From the IMG/VR virus record IMGVR_UViG_3300046171_000231, positions 171,762 through 235,761 of that record: DNA of 64,000 bases, one strand, 5' to 3'. This document shows positions 44,101 through 56,871 of this stretch, one piece after another. A model generated the notes under the pieces. That model saw only the letters and a list, made by a program, of their open reading frames with translations, was not told the origin of the DNA and searched no databases. Position 1 is the first letter of the stretch. Each line of letters begins with the position of its first letter. The position numbers and the translations under genes were made by a program.

Positions 44101-47100
44101 ATCAGTTGTGAATTTTGCTTGATTATCTACAATACTTGTTATTTCAGCAGATACGTTACTTAATTCACCTTTAATTCTGTCACCAGTTCTTATTTTATAC
44201 TTACCATCAATTTTTATATAATCATTTCTTACTTCAATAACTTTTAAATCAGTAATGACATCGCCAATTATCAATGTTTCTTTTAATTCAAAAACACCTC
44301 TTGATTGAACTGGTTCAATTACTGGATACTTTTTCTTATTAATTAATGTAGCATATCCAGACTGGAATGTTTTAGCAATTCCAGGATTTGTTGTAACACC
44401 TGCTGTACTAAACTCTACTATACATTGAGTTCCAGCAGTGTAGTTAACTACATCGAAAAACTCATAATTATAATTATCGGAATTGTATCCAGTTCCTTCA
44501 ACGGTGGTAGTAGTGGATATTCCTCCACTTAAAGTACCAATTCCTGCTTCACCTACTCTTTGTATACCTTCAACATAAATTTCATCTCCAGTCGCAAATG
44601 GTTGAGTATCAAATCCATTAATTGGAGTTTCAAGGAAACAAGTTACAATACCAGAATTACTAATTAAAACTGAGTTAATTCCAACACCATTTGAATTGTT
44701 AATTGAAATTATCTTATGTACAACTGAGTCTAATCCAGTAACAGGTGATAATACATCAACTTGTGATATAGTTTGGTTAGGTGTTCTAGCTTGTAAAGAG
44801 AGATTATCAACAACTGTATTTGATATAGGATTGAATACAATTAAGTTAGGTGTGCTCATATAATCAGCACCACCACTTACAATATTAACTGAATCAATAA
44901 TATCGAGATTATCAATATTAACAACAGGTGATATAAATGCCTCTGGACTTAAGGTTTTATCTGAAGAATATTCATAACCTATATCAACTGTTCTTATTTT
45001 TTTAATTCTTCCAATATTTCTTGAAGAAGCAATTATATTTGCATCAGTTCCACTTACACTATTAATCTTTTTAAATTGAGGTAATTTTTTATAGTTAAAT
45101 CCTGGTGAAACTATTTTTAAATCTTTTATCTGACCGTGAACTGCTGTTGACTTGGTAGAGTATTCTAATTTTTCACAATCACTATTTGTATAACTTAAAA
45201 ATTCTGGTATTACAGGTGAAAAATCAAAGGTGTCATCAGTTACGTTAAATATTTTATACTCATTATTATACTTACTATCAATAAATCTTATTTCTGAATA
45301 ATTTGATACCTCAGTATCTGCAGTGCTTATAAATCCACCTTTGGTTAAACCATAATATAGTGTACCTGGCGAAGATGCTGAGTATTGAACTGTAAGTGCA
45401 GCACCTATAGGATCGGTATTATTAGTAGCAATACCAACTGTACCACCAGTACCAACATTAAATGCACTTGAATCTTGTGAACTTAAATATTCGTTTGTGA
45501 GATTTCTGTCATAAAATAATTTAAAGTCAAAATTTAACAAGGTACTACTTGTTAATCCAAAGTTTAATTTTGAATTTTTAACAACATCAATTCTTGGATT
45601 AATTAATGCAATTGATTGATTTCCACCAGTGTTTGCTGTTATATTTACAGTTCTTACTGGATTTGATTTGTTATCTTCAATAGTCTCTGAAAGTTGGAAT
45701 CTTCTACTACTAACTCTATTAACAAAGTATGTTCCTGTACTTAATCCAGTTGCAGCACCATCATAAAATACTTTATCTCCAGTTTCAAATCCATGATCAA
45801 CTATATCAATCTGATTAGTTTCAATATCAGAGGCAGTAAATAATATTGGATCAATAATTAACTTTTCAAATTCAGAATTGTAATTAACAGACACAGGAGT
45901 TGTGGTACCATTTCCAACATTTAAACTAGGTACTACATTCATTCTGATAGTATCACCTTCAACTAGATTATGAGTAGTTGTATTTGCTGCAGATACATTT
46001 GTTGATACTGTTGTTGTAATTTTATCAATATCACCAGTTATTTGTTTTTTATCTGTTTGGAAAGAAATATAATCCTGAAGAAATTCCAGAATTAGATCCA
46101 TTGCTATAAAAATATAAACCCTCACTTGTACTTCCAATTCCAACTCTAGTAGTTAAAATACCAATATTATCTTGACCTTTATTAATAACATATACATCGA
46201 GTGAATTTTGTCCTAAATGTGGTACTTTAAATTCAGTCACTAATGGTGTAGTACCTACATCAAACCTATTTGCACCATTTCTTTTATTTAATGTAATTTT
46301 TTGACCTGTCTTAAATGGATGGTTTGGAATACGGATTGTTCTTGTTGGTATTGATACTACTTCTTTAAATCACCAACAAAGGTGTCTACATCTACAGCAC
46401 CACCATTTGTAGTTCCAACACCAACTGATTGAGGACCATTAAAGTAAATTAACTGATTTGGTTCTGATTCAAATTTTGTTGTTTTAACAGGTATACTAAT
46501 TTTATTATTCAGGGCATCAACATTAGATCCAGCAGTATGTGCGACACCTGTATGTCTTAATACTCTAATAACTTTCCTTTGATCAAATACATCTAATACT
46601 CTTACTTCCTCAACATCTATTACATTTCCCTGAACCAATTCTAATAGAACCACCTATTGCAACATTAGTTGGTAATCTGTTTACATGTATATCTTGAATT
46701 AAACCATTGCCAGATCCAATTGTCATTGTTTTTGAAAGTCCAACTCTATTAGTTGTGACACCAACTTTAAATGAATTAGTTAAATTTACGATAGAGCTAC
46801 TTAACCCAGATATGGATACGGATGTTTGATCATTCAACTCCATAAATGGTAAAAACTGTGCTGTTACTTCGTCATAATTATTCCAAGTAAAAATAGCATT
46901 TTCAAATGTATTAATAGTTGTATCAATACGAGAAATTCCAATACCAACTATCTCATCAACTTCTGCACGGAATCCAGAACCATTTGTTCCTTCATCATCA
47001 AAATCTGTGGTGTCTCCCACTTTATATCCTGTACCACCATTTAAAATTGTAAATCCATCAACACCACCCTTAGTGACCGCTTCAATTTTTGAAATTTGTC

Positions 47101-50100
47101 TTATCTTTTCATAAGATTCTATGACAAAATCATTACCTGCAAATTTTTCATCTACATTGTATGGTAAAGTATTTCTTCTTAATCCAGAATTATTAAAATC
47201 AAATTCTTGATTTAATATTTGATTTTCTGCTATAAATGGTGAACGATATGTATTACCAATAAAGTATGGATATTTACCCTCTAATTTGTTTGTACCTGTT
47301 CCTAATCCAACAGTAGAGAAGTATGCGTATACACCATTTGGAAATTCTGGTGTTTTTCCAAATCTTCCGTTATGAATGTCTAAATCACCAGTTCCATTAT
47401 ATACATGATCTTCGACAAAAAATCCTGCAGAATAACCTGGTGGACGATTTGTAACTCTATTAATATCAGTTACATATGATGGTGTGATTATTTTTAATGT
47501 AGAGTTAATATTATCTGGATCTGAATATCCAAAAGGACCATATATTGGATTTCCATCATATGCCCAACCAACAATTGGTGAGTGACCTGTTATATTACTA
47601 AATTCACCACTTGAAGTGACATTAAATGTATTTTCAAAATTATTAGCAATATCTTGAGAGTAACCTAATATACTGAATCTTAATGTATCTTCTTTTGTAG
47701 ATAAGAATGAATCCCCAAATCTGTGAGTATTATTCAATGTTAGAGATCTAACTCTTGCTGCGTATGATCCGTTGGAACCTCTTGGAAATCCCCTTACCTC
47801 TGTTGATACGCTACTATAACCAATACCTGTGTTTGTTACTATAGCATCGATAACCTGTCCATTTTGAATAACTGGACGAACAACAGCACCTGCACCACCA
47901 CCTGTTGACGTAATTCTAATTTCAGGACTTGAATTATATTCTCTTCCTCTATTAACAACAGCTACATCTGTAATTCTTCCATTTACAATAATTGGTTTAA
48001 ATTCTGCATACCTACCATTTTCAATAGTAACTTTAGGAACAACTTCTTTATCTAAAGTGGTAGAACCATAATTTGTTCCTTCTTCATAAAGATATCCACC
48101 AATTAATTCACCAGTTACTACAGGAGTAATTACAATATTACCAGTAATTGTTGAACCATAAGAAACATCAACATTTACTGTAATCTGAGGAAAATTAAAT
48201 ATTTGGAATCCTTCACCACCAGATTCAAAATTAATATATTTACCTCTATTAAAATCTACTGTTGAAGTTCCTCCAATTCCAGCGTCTGCTAATTGGAATG
48301 TATCGTTTGTTAATTTATTAATGTAATAAGATGATGTTGTTGATAATCCCTGTATCGGTGTAGTTTCTGCAGAATATTCAACTATCTCCCCACTGATCAA
48401 AACCATGATTCTTAAATGAAACAACATTTAATGATGTTGAGATTCCAATAGGTTTTACTCTCAATTTTCGATGAGTGTATCCTGATCCCTCTTCTAAAAC
48501 TTTAACTGCAACTAGAGTGTTTTCTACTTTCTGTTCTAACTTATGAATACCACTTGCAGCAGTGTCTGTTGATAATCCAACAGTGTTTATACCTGCAGTT
48601 CCAAATAATGCATCTGTTGGAGTATTAAATTTCTTACTGTAGATGGATTCACAGATCTTACATAATATGGTGCACCGTCAGATAATGTGCCACTAATTTT
48701 ATTTTCAAGATCATATGCAGTTCCAATACCGATTGGACTGTTTCCATTAGATCCATAATATACGAGTTGCCCATCAGTTAAATTATGATTAGATTTAAAG
48801 GTAATAGTTTCATTTACTATATCAACCCCACCATTAAAGAAAATATCTCTGCTATCAAATAGAAGTTCTCTGTTTCTAGTTCCTAATATTGGTTGTAATA
48901 CACATCCATTTCCGTTACCACCTGTTAATGAAATACTTGTTACTTGATCAATATCAAATTCTTGAGGATCAACAAATACTTCTTTGACTGTACCCTGAAT
49001 TACTGGTTCAACAGCAGCACCAACTCCACTACTTGTTTCAATACCAACAATTGGTGGATTTAAAATATCGTACCCACTTCCACCATTTAATAAGGTCAAC
49101 TGGACTCTAAAGGACCATAATATATTTGATTATCTGAAATAGGTGAACGAATTTGAACACCGTTGATTAATATTCCAATATCATTTGTAGGTATATCTTG
49201 ATTTGATGCTACAAAAAGATTTTGTGATAAAGGAAATTTCCTTATAATTTTATCTGGTTCTAATACTCTACTTGAATGTTTCTGTAAGACAAATCTATGA
49301 ATATCAGTTGTGGATGTAGTTGGACCAACTTGAACTGTACTTGCAGATCCGATTTGAGCTAAAGAATTAAATATTCTAATTTTTGTAATGTCTTGACCTG
49401 GTTCGGGTATAACAGGGTCTACAAAGTATGTTCTTCCAGTATCTAAACCAATCAGTCCTCCACCTTCGGGTTGATATGTAACAGCATCACCTTGTATAAA
49501 TTTTATATTTCTTGAAAGAGGAAAATTAATAAAACTGTATCGGTCATTTAAAGGATTAAATGCGTCTAATCCAGCAGCAGTTCCTCCAGTAAGAGTCTCT
49601 TCAATAATATCAGTTGTTATATCATAACTTGGTAGAGAATTTGATGCAACATAACCATCAGTGTTTCCATCAACATAAACACTTAAAGTGTCTGCAATAA
49701 TATTATCATTACCCTTTACTATAGATACACCTGTACTAGATGCCTTTTCAATTTTTCTACGAATATCATATTCTTGATTTGCATTTTGTGTAAATCCCGC
49801 AATGTTTGAAACTGTTATCTGATTTAATGTTGTGTTAATACTCGCAACAGTACCACTACCAGCAATAACCTGTTCATTTCTCTTTAAGATATCGAATCGA
49901 TCACCAACTTTAAGAGATGATTTATCAATTAGTGTTTTTAAAGTAAATGTTGAACTACCTACTGGAATATCAACTTGAAATCTTGAACTTGTATTGTAAA
50001 TCCATGAATTTGCAAAAATTTGTTTATAATTTTCACTATCATTTTCTATTTTTTCACCAATATTTTTAACGAAGAAGTTTTCACCTTCATTAATTAAACT

Positions 50101-51342
50101 AATATCTGTAATTGGAACTAACTCAGATAATACACCAGTAATTCTTAAATCAACTCTTTTTGTTAAATCTCCATTTTCATATCCAAAGATAGTCTCATTA
50201 TCTCTAAGATCATCTGCAGTTCCTATACCAACTGCTACACCAGTGCATCCAAAAAATTGATTTATTGATTTTGAAGTATAATCAATTTTAGAATTAGATC
50301 CACTAATGACAGTTCCAGTAGTACCAAAACCAACAGTTGAATCAACATTTATTATTGTTGCACCTGCATCAACTTTATCAAGAACTCTAGTCTTGCCTGG
50401 TACTGTGAATACACCTTCAATTAAGTCACGATCACTAAATCCAACAAATAATGCAATTTTATAATAATTTCTACCTTCACGTTTAATTATTTCAACTTCT
50501 GAAACTGATGCATTAGTTGAAGTATCTGTTGATTTGAATATTGTTTGACCTGTTAAGTTTTGAGGTTCACCAGTTCCAATTACATCAGCAACTACAACTT
50601 CACGACGTATAAATTCTGCATCAGATGGTTTTATAAGATTACCCTCTAAGTCAATTATTCTTGCTTCAACTCCATATAATACTTTGAATAAGATTCTTAC
50701 AGATTCTTCAATACCTTTTGATTGATAAAATGAACGAGCAAACTTTACAAAATTACCTACATCTAAGGTTGTTGCAAAATCATTATTTTCTAAACCTGGT
50801 AAGAAGGTTTTCTTCATTTTTTTGAAGAATTCCTGAATGAATAATACAGATAAGTTTGTTAATGATGATCCAGATGTATGAGAGGTTGCTGATGTTTGAT
50901 TAAATTTTAAACTCTCACGATTAATTTCAAGTAAAGAAGAAGAAATACCAACATTATATCCTGTAATTCCACTAAATCCACGAATACATCCAGTAAATGT
51001 TGTTGAAGTTATTCCAGTGTAAGATATAATTTCATCATCTATTTTAAGTAATCCATATTCAGATGGAAATCCTTTTGTACTAGGAACAGTTATAGTTGTA
51101 TCAGTAGTAGATATTCCTGCAGAAATAGTTGTAATTCCAACAACTACTTCAGGAACTAAATTATCTACTTTTAAATATTGATCAAGATTCGTAATTAAAT
51201 CAGATGCACCACCTTGAAACTCTTGTGAAATATAATATTGCTTTAAAAACTCTGTAGCATTAGGAAAATCAGATACCACAAATTCTGGTAACTGATTCTC
51301 AATAATGGTATTGACTTGTATTCTTTTGTCAATTTGTGACAT
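38167..51342 (-). CDS. gp7: Baseplate wedge initiator gp7 (~4400 aa), split by at least six indels
   Basis: MSQIDKRIQVNTIIENQLPEFV...FLKQYY...FYQSKG; HSPIVGWAYDGNPIYGPFGY; LVHPSGLKNFSD. Fragments 49096..51342, 48587..49099, 46610..48427, 46357..46653, 46049..46240 and 38167..46143 join with single-base fixes. Confidence 0.88.
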
Positions 51343-51345
51343 AAA

Positions 51346-53292
51346 TTATTTCCTCTCTAAATCTCCATTAGAGTAGCTTGATGTGTAGTAATCTCTGGTA
51401 AATACGACTCCTGAAACATCTTCACCTGAAGCGATTACATCCTTAATAGTATTTATTGTACTCTTTGATACATCAAAATTAAGATATAAGTCCTTTAATC
51501 CCACTACATCATTTGATTCTGGGAATGCTTGAACCTCGATAATGTTATTATCACTTACAGTTGATGTTATATTGATAGTATTTAATATCACTTCACCCTT
51601 TTTATAATCAACAACACCTGCATCTTTAACTATAACTCTCTGCTCACCTCTATTATTTTTAGTAACGACACTAAGTGTACCCATATTACTACTGTCCAAA
51701 GTACCAACAGCATTTTTATTTGGAACATCAGTAATATATGCAACATCATTAAAACCATTAATTGTAAATCCAGTGCTTTTTATATTATATCCTGCAGGAT
51801 TAATATTAAATTTATTACCAAAACAAAGTTCATATTGTGCAAATTGATTTAATAATGCTTTTAAATCTCTTCTAATAATAACTTTTGTGATATTAGATGT
51901 AATTCCGTTATCAATACGGTCAATAAGTGTGCTAACTTTACTATATTTAAATCTACCACCAAACTTATTTAATTCAACATTAGAAGAATACTCATTTAAT
52001 GCTGATATTATTGCAGTTCTTAGAGATGCTGCTGAAGAAATTTGTGATGGATTATAATAAACATTGGAATCTATTTCCACATATAGTAATTTTAAATCAA
52101 CTATTTCAGAATTTATACCAGCAATAGCGTAACTCTTTAATTTATTTTTAATTTGTGATTTATCAAAATCAGATACAAATGTACCATTTTTTGGTTTGAT
52201 ACTAATTTGAACTTTACCAAATTGTGGTGGGTCTAATTCCTCTCCACCAATAACAGCAACTGACTCTGTTTGAGGAAATATTGTACCAATTATTGCTTCA
52301 TAATCTCTTGGTGTAACTGCTCTATATTGTGCTGAATAGAGTCTTGGTGCAAAGTACTTAATAGAAGACACATCTTCAACTTCAGCACCATTAGAAGCGT
52401 TTGTAAGTGTAGTTACTGATATACTATCAGATGGTGTAAAGAAGGTGCCATCGCTATTTGTAAACTGTCCTTGAAAACTAAAACTTGCAGCACCATTTCC
52501 AGTTTCACCATCAGTGACAATATATGTCGTAGTTATAATTGAACTATTTTCTAATTTACGACCAAATAAACCATCACCAAATAATACTTCATATTTTTCA
52601 TCTTGCACTTCTTGTGCCAAAAATATTTCTGAATTTTTATCAACATTTAAAATATTATCAATCATTGAATATTTTCTTCCAAATCCAGTTTCATTTGGAC
52701 CTTTGACATATGCTCTTAATGTTGAACTATCAATGTTAGGACTATCAATTATATACCTTAATTCCTTTGTAGTATCAACTCGATATACCCTTTGAAGTAA
52801 TGTTCCTTCATATACACTAATTGGGTCTGCAAATTGTGCGAATGAAGTTCCACCAATATCTCTGACTCTTGATGATGTAATCTCATCAGGTATTGAGAAT
52901 CGATATGTAGTTCCTTGTGAATTACCAACACAAACAAGTCCAGAACGTAGAGTTAAGAACTTAGGAGTGCTATCATCTGTTGTACCTAAGTTTATATCAC
53001 CTATGGTAATTGTAGCGGTTGCAGCAGTTTTTGAACGGGGTACGTACCCAATATTTCTTGCTAAAGATATAACATTTTCACGAATTGTAGCAGAGTCTAA
53101 AAATGACTCATTTGCAACTAAGTTTGCATTAAATGCATTGATGTAAGAATTATATGCAAGAGCATCAATTAAAACAGAAAAGTTAGAACCTTCAAAATCA
53201 AAATCTGAAAAATTTGAGTTTGAACGAAGAAAATCTTTAATTTGTGCTTTGATTTGATCAAAGTCTAAACTTGTAAACTGAGTAAAAGGCAT
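51346..53292 (-). CDS. gp6: Baseplate wedge protein gp6
   Basis: LDFDQIK...DFDFEGSN...ESFLDSA...APRLYSAQYRAVTPRDY. Confidence 0.96.
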   Translation of the reverse strand: MPFTQFTSLDFDQIKAQIKDFLRSNSNFSDFDFEGSNFSVLIDALAYNSYINAFNANLVANESFLDSATIRENVISLARNIGYVPRSKTAATATITIGDINLGTTDDSTPKFLTLRSGLVCVGNSQGTTYRFSIPDEITSSRVRDIGGTSFAQFADPISVYEGTLLQRVYRVDTTKELRYIIDSPNIDSSTLRAYVKGPNETGFGRKYSMIDNILNVDKNSEIFLAQEVQDEKYEVLFGDGLFGRKLENSSIITTTYIVTDGETGNGAASFSFQGQFTNSDGTFFTPSDSISVTTLTNASNGAEVEDVSSIKYFAPRLYSAQYRAVTPRDYEAIIGTIFPQTESVAVIGGEELDPPQFGKVQISIKPKNGTFVSDFDKSQIKNKLKSYAIAGINSEIVDLKLLYVEIDSNVYYNPSQISSAASLRTAIISALNEYSSNVELNKFGGRFKYSKVSTLIDRIDNGITSNITKVIIRRDLKALLNQFAQYELCFGNKFNINPAGYNIKSTGFTINGFNDVAYITDVPNKNAVGTLDSSNMGTLSVVTKNNRGEQRVIVKDAGVVDYKKGEVILNTINITSTVSDNNIIEVQAFPESNDVVGLKDLYLNFDVSKSTINTIKDVIASGEDVSGVVFTRDYYTSSYSNGDLERK

Positions 53293-53293
53293 A

Positions 53294-53695
53294 TTATCTT
53301 GTTGGTTCTAATATAAAAGAAAAAGATTGTAAGGGAGCTTCCAATCCTATAATCTCAAAAAGCACTCTAACATTTACTGAGTTATCATCTGGTACTGCAT
53401 CTACTTCAACACCAATATCACCTACTCTTGGTTCATAGTTTCTAATTGTATTTCTCACCATATCCTCTATAATCATTACAGAGGAAGCACTCATATTTTC
53501 AAATAGTAGTTCACGAATATTTGTACCTAAATTTGAGTCAAAAAATCTCTCTGTAGGTATAGTCTCAACCAAATTCCTTACAGATCTAGTGATTGCTCGC
53601 TCATTTGCAAGTATAGGAATGTCTTTTGTCACTGGATGTGGGTCGAAAGACAAACTTATATCCTTAAATGCTTTAGATTTGCGTGGACTCGCCAT
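53294..53695 (-). CDS. gp25: Baseplate wedge subunit gp25
   Basis: FKDISLSF.PHPVTKD...ERFFDSNLG...NYEPRV. Confidence 0.95.
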   Translation of the reverse strand: MASPRKSKAFKDISLSFDPHPVTKDIPILANERAITRSVRNLVETIPTERFFDSNLGTNIRELLFENMSASSVMIIEDMVRNTIRNYEPRVGDIGVEVDAVPDDNSVNVRVLFEIIGLEAPLQSFSFILEPTR

Positions 53696-53713
53696 TATTA
53701 ATGCTTTTAGTTT

Positions 53714-53721
53714 TATTTATA
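53714..53721 (-). promoter_or_regulatory. Late promoter TATAAATA heading the baseplate operon
   Basis: Exact motif 19 nt upstream of gp25. Confidence 0.85.
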
Positions 53722-53723
53722 CC

Positions 53724-54075
53724 CTATCTTGCATAATCATTCATAACGTAATCATCAGTATCGAAGTAATTGAGTATCCACCACGCTACACTACGTGGAT
53801 TTTTGCTTCCCACAAGTGAAAATATCGATTGCTACACACCCTTTTTCTGGCCAAGTGTGGCAAGAAAGATGACTTTCTGCTAAAGAGATGAGAGTTGTCA
53901 CTCCATAGGGTTCAAATTGATGACTAAAAGTGTTAAGAACAGTCAAACCTTCGGTTTCAACTGCTCTTACCATTGTTTTTTCTATTTTTTCCTTATCATT
54001 TAACTTGTCAAAGGGTACATTATACACTTCAACGAGTAAATGTTGCCCCATATGGGCATTTTTTACGTTTTTCAT
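53724..54075 (-). CDS. speD: S-adenosylmethionine decarboxylase proenzyme (SpeD-like, pyruvoyl), C-terminus frameshifted near 53812
   Basis: HQFEPYGVT...LAESHLSCHTWPE...DIFTCG. Removing one G gives ...CGSKNPRSVAWWILNYFDTDDYVMNDYAR*. Confidence 0.92.
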
Positions 54076-54812
54076 CCTAATTCTGGTTCAATGTTGATTT
54101 CTACATTACCTGTTTTTGGTTCAAACGGTTTTCTTTCCTTTTTTTCTTCAACTTCTTCGATTTCATTGCGTTCTTTTGCTGTTTTCCAGAAATAATTCTC
54201 TTCTGAACCCAGTCCATCCCGATCATGACCGTTTTCAACTTGGTAATATACAGTTGAGACCTTAAAATCGGGCACTTTTGGTGTTTCTGGAGTAATACTG
54301 TTGTCATAAATCCTCATTCTGTTGTTTGGATAGAGACAAAACTGTCCATTATCGAGTTCTAAGAGATTATGAGACTTATGTTCGGCAGGTTGCTCACTGG
54401 TTGAGTAGTCAATTGCGTCTACACTGTCATGATAGTTGTCTAAAGTACAGATGTAGGTGCCTGTTTGGTTGCCAAAGTCTCTTGTATAGACTTCATAGTG
54501 CATTGAACCGATAAACTGCTTCTGAACAGCGACTACACCATAGTCCATACAGTTCCAGAACTGTAAATTATGTAAAGTCATATCAGGGTCAGGTATCTCT
54601 GGCTCTGATAGAAATGCCGAAATGGGTAGTTTATCAAACATCGCAGCATATTCGGGCAAATACGTCTCAAAATAAAAGGCACGACCAGGAATGCTCTTGG
54701 CCGATACCCATACTCCTTTTACAAATTCACCATGTCCACTCTTATGGTCGGTTAAGTACTCTTTTCGTACCCATACTTCATAAGAAGGAAGATTCGTAAT
54801 TAAGGTAGACAT
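54072..54812 (-). CDS. Conserved cyanophage hypothetical protein (MSTLITNLPS...)
   Basis: WVRKEYL...FYFETYL...LQFWNC...EHKS...LYPNNRMRI; true start at 54812. Confidence 0.75.
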   Translation of the reverse strand: MSTLITNLPSYEVWVRKEYLTDHKSGHGEFVKGVWVSAKSIPGRAFYFETYLPEYAAMFDKLPISAFLSEPEIPDPDMTLHNLQFWNCMDYGVVAVQKQFIGSMHYEVYTRDFGNQTGTYICTLDNYHDSVDAIDYSTSEQPAEHKSHNLLELDNGQFCLYPNNRMRIYDNSITPETPKVPDFKVSTVYYQVENGHDRDGLGSEENYFWKTAKERNEIEEVEEKKERKPFEPKTGNVEINIEPELG

Positions 54813-54959
54813 TAACGACCCTTGCCCCCGATATCTTTTACGAGCCGAGTTACGGGACGTTGCTGCATATTTCGAGTGTTTGCCCCGCCCTTGACGAGTT
54901 TTTTTGGGTCTTGTCTCAGTAATATAAGTACTGCCCATCATTCCAGTTCTTTTAGCCAT
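54812..54959 (-). CDS. Small basic protein (PKKTRQGRGKH...RKRYRGQGR)
   Basis: Separate gene once one extra G is removed, which restores a TAATG stop/start overlap. Confidence 0.7.
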
Positions 54960-55185
54960 TTAAAGGTTCCTCAATATAAGGTTCATAAGTAATATCATTT
55001 GATGTAAGAGTCTGATTGTAATAGGACTCGATTGCAAGGTCTTCCATAATGTCAAAGAGTTCTGACTCTGATACATTCCAGAAGATGACCTTGCCTTTGC
55101 GTAGGACGTTATAACGGTCTCCTACTTTCTTTTCTTCTTGCGGTTTTCCCATTTGTTGAATACAAAAAGTCCGATTGCGATCCAT
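54952..55185 (-). CDS. Small hypothetical protein (start uncertain)
   Basis: ORF track; C-terminal half looks coding. Confidence 0.55.
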   Translation of the reverse strand: MDRNRTFCIQQMGKPQEEKKVGDRYNVLRKGKVIFWNVSESELFDIMEDLAIESYYNQTLTSNDITYEPYIEEPLNG

Positions 55186-55214
55186 ACTATAATTGTAAAT
55201 CCGTAATTTCCCAT
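55122..55214 (-). CDS. 30-aa single-pass membrane peptide
   Basis: MGNYGFTIIVWIAIGLFVFNKWENRKKKRK. Confidence 0.55.
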   Translation of the reverse strand: MGNYGFTIIVWIAIGLFVFNKWENRKKKRK

Positions 55215-55289
55215 TTACCGATGTGGATTGTAATACTGTATAAACAAGAATAGTATAAAGATAATCAGTAGAATTGTGAGTCCTACCAT
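55215..55289 (-). CDS. 24-aa single-pass membrane peptide
   Basis: MVGLTILLIIFILFLFIQYYNPHR; coupled to the upstream stop. Confidence 0.55.
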   Translation of the reverse strand: MVGLTILLIIFILFLFIQYYNPHR

Positions 55290-56053
55290 TATATCACTCT
55301 TGTCTTTTCGTGTCCAACTCTTACTTGTGGGTCACACCAGATTTCAAATCCTGCTTCCTTTGCATCGAGGCAGAATGATACATCTTCACCGCACATATCT
55401 TGAACTTCTCCTGATTCAAATACCTGCATCTTTGGAGCAAACCAAGGATAAGGCATTTCTTTATGTTCAAAGACACCTTTCTTTATTAATAACCAACCGA
55501 AACCAGTATAGTCAACTGTAAATGGTTTCTTTCTCTTACTTATACTTTCGATAGTTTCATGATTCATCACACCACCGTTTGTGCGGAAATCATCTTCTTC
55601 TAACCAGTGTGCAACTGATGTAGTCTTTCCATCTTCGGTACAATACCAACCTGCTGCAATATCTTTTTCCATTAGAAGTATCTGATAGAACTTCTCGACA
55701 CTGAATACAATATCACTATCAATCCATAATTGATAATCATAATTGAGTTTACCATCCCAAGGTAACTGGTCAGGTCCTCGAAGAACGTTTGCACCAAGAC
55801 ACTTACATCGGGCAAAATTAACCATTGATGAATAATCTTGACTGATTTGTATACTTGCTCCTGATTGAACCAAATCAAAACATAAAGATACAAAAGACTT
55901 GAGAAATGTATAGGATACTCCACGACCAGGTAGACAGAATACAACTGTCTTTCCTTTAATCATTTCCTTTGCTTTTGCATAATCATATTGTGGTGCAGCT
56001 GCTGCCTTCTTTGGTTTTGGGTTCTTTGCTTTTACTGTAAATCCTTTCGCCAT
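55289..56053 (-). CDS. GT-A fold glycosyltransferase-like protein
   Basis: VVFCLPG...NFARC...YDYQLWIDSDIVF (DxD)...TGFGWLLIKKGVFE...GEDVSFC...VGH. Confidence 0.85.
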   Translation of the reverse strand: MAKGFTVKAKNPKPKKAAAAPQYDYAKAKEMIKGKTVVFCLPGRGVSYTFLKSFVSLCFDLVQSGASIQISQDYSSMVNFARCKCLGANVLRGPDQLPWDGKLNYDYQLWIDSDIVFSVEKFYQILLMEKDIAAGWYCTEDGKTTSVAHWLEEDDFRTNGGVMNHETIESISKRKKPFTVDYTGFGWLLIKKGVFEHKEMPYPWFAPKMQVFESGEVQDMCGEDVSFCLDAKEAGFEIWCDPQVRVGHEKTRVI

Positions 56054-56075
56054 AATATGTTGTAATTACACATTC

Positions 56076-56104
56076 ATTATACATCATTATCTATACACTG
56101 TCAA
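56076..56104 (-). promoter_or_regulatory. Consensus sigma70 early promoter
   Basis: TTGACA-17 nt-TATAAT. Confidence 0.88.
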
Positions 56105-56125
56105 TGAAAGTATTATGATTCGGTT

Positions 56126-56698
56126 TTACTCACTTAATTGAGTTATACTTATATTTCCTGATACAGTTATACGAGGAGTATCTGATTTATGTGGAGAGAC
56201 TCCGTGTAACATATGAGAGGGGAAAAATACAATATCTCCTTTCTTTCCTTCAATTGGTAAACTACTTGACATCAATCCACTTATATCTCCCCATATCTCA
56301 GCACTGAGACGAGTCCTTTCATTTACAAAATAAAATTTTGCATCATTCTCTTCAGAATCTCTCATAAAAATTACAAAGGATAATTCATATCCCTGATGGT
56401 CGTGCTGTTCCTGATGATAGTATCGATGATAAGTATTCTTCCATACCTCATCAATTGAAAAACCATAAGGTATTCCTTCATCAATGACTTCAGATAGAAC
56501 TTCGATAACATATGGTTTTAAGAGTTCTGTAAATCCTGTAAGTTTTAAATGAACTTTCTCACTTAAACATTCATCTCCCCATTCAAACTTTTCTGTTGGA
56601 AGTTCAAGATCTGGATTCATACAGTGTTCAATTATTTCATTCTGATTCTCTGGTGATATTACAGAAAAGAAATCATTCCAAAAAGGTGTTTCAATCAT
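56126..56698 (-). CDS. 2OG-Fe(II) oxygenase superfamily protein
   Basis: QEQHDH...KKGDIVFFPSHMLHGV...RITVSGN. Confidence 0.87.
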   Translation of the reverse strand: MIETPFWNDFFSVISPENQNEIIEHCMNPDLELPTEKFEWGDECLSEKVHLKLTGFTELLKPYVIEVLSEVIDEGIPYGFSIDEVWKNTYHRYYHQEQHDHQGYELSFVIFMRDSEENDAKFYFVNERTRLSAEIWGDISGLMSSSLPIEGKKGDIVFFPSHMLHGVSPHKSDTPRITVSGNISITQLSE

Positions 56699-56871
56699 TA
56701 ATAAGACGATTCTTCAAGTGATGGTAATGGTGTTTCAGCAATTTCTTCGTATGTTATCTCATCCTTCCAGTACGATGTATATAACTTATTCCATATAATA
56801 TCGAACTCTTCTTCATTCAAATTTTTAAACAAACACTTATTATCGTCCAGATAGATGTGGTAAGTTTTCAT
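56698..56871 (-). CDS. Small acidic hypothetical protein (57 aa)
   Basis: MKTYHIYLDDNKCLFKNLNEEEFDIIWNKLY...; coupled to genes on both sides. Confidence 0.65.
   Translation of the reverse strand: MKTYHIYLDDNKCLFKNLNEEEFDIIWNKLYTSYWKDEITYEEIAETPLPSLEESSY

Noticed and set aside
9440-52795. Numerous 60-138 aa plus-strand and alternative-frame ORFs inside structural genes (for example 10593..10814, 24694..25110, 27388..27777)
   Set aside because: Antisense shadows of Gly/Thr/Ala/Glu-rich coding sequence; no promoter, RBS or recognisable motifs.
54072-54959. Novel 295-aa fusion protein
   Set aside because: One extra G (CAAGGGTCGTTAATG) hides a TAATG stop/start overlap between two ordinary genes.
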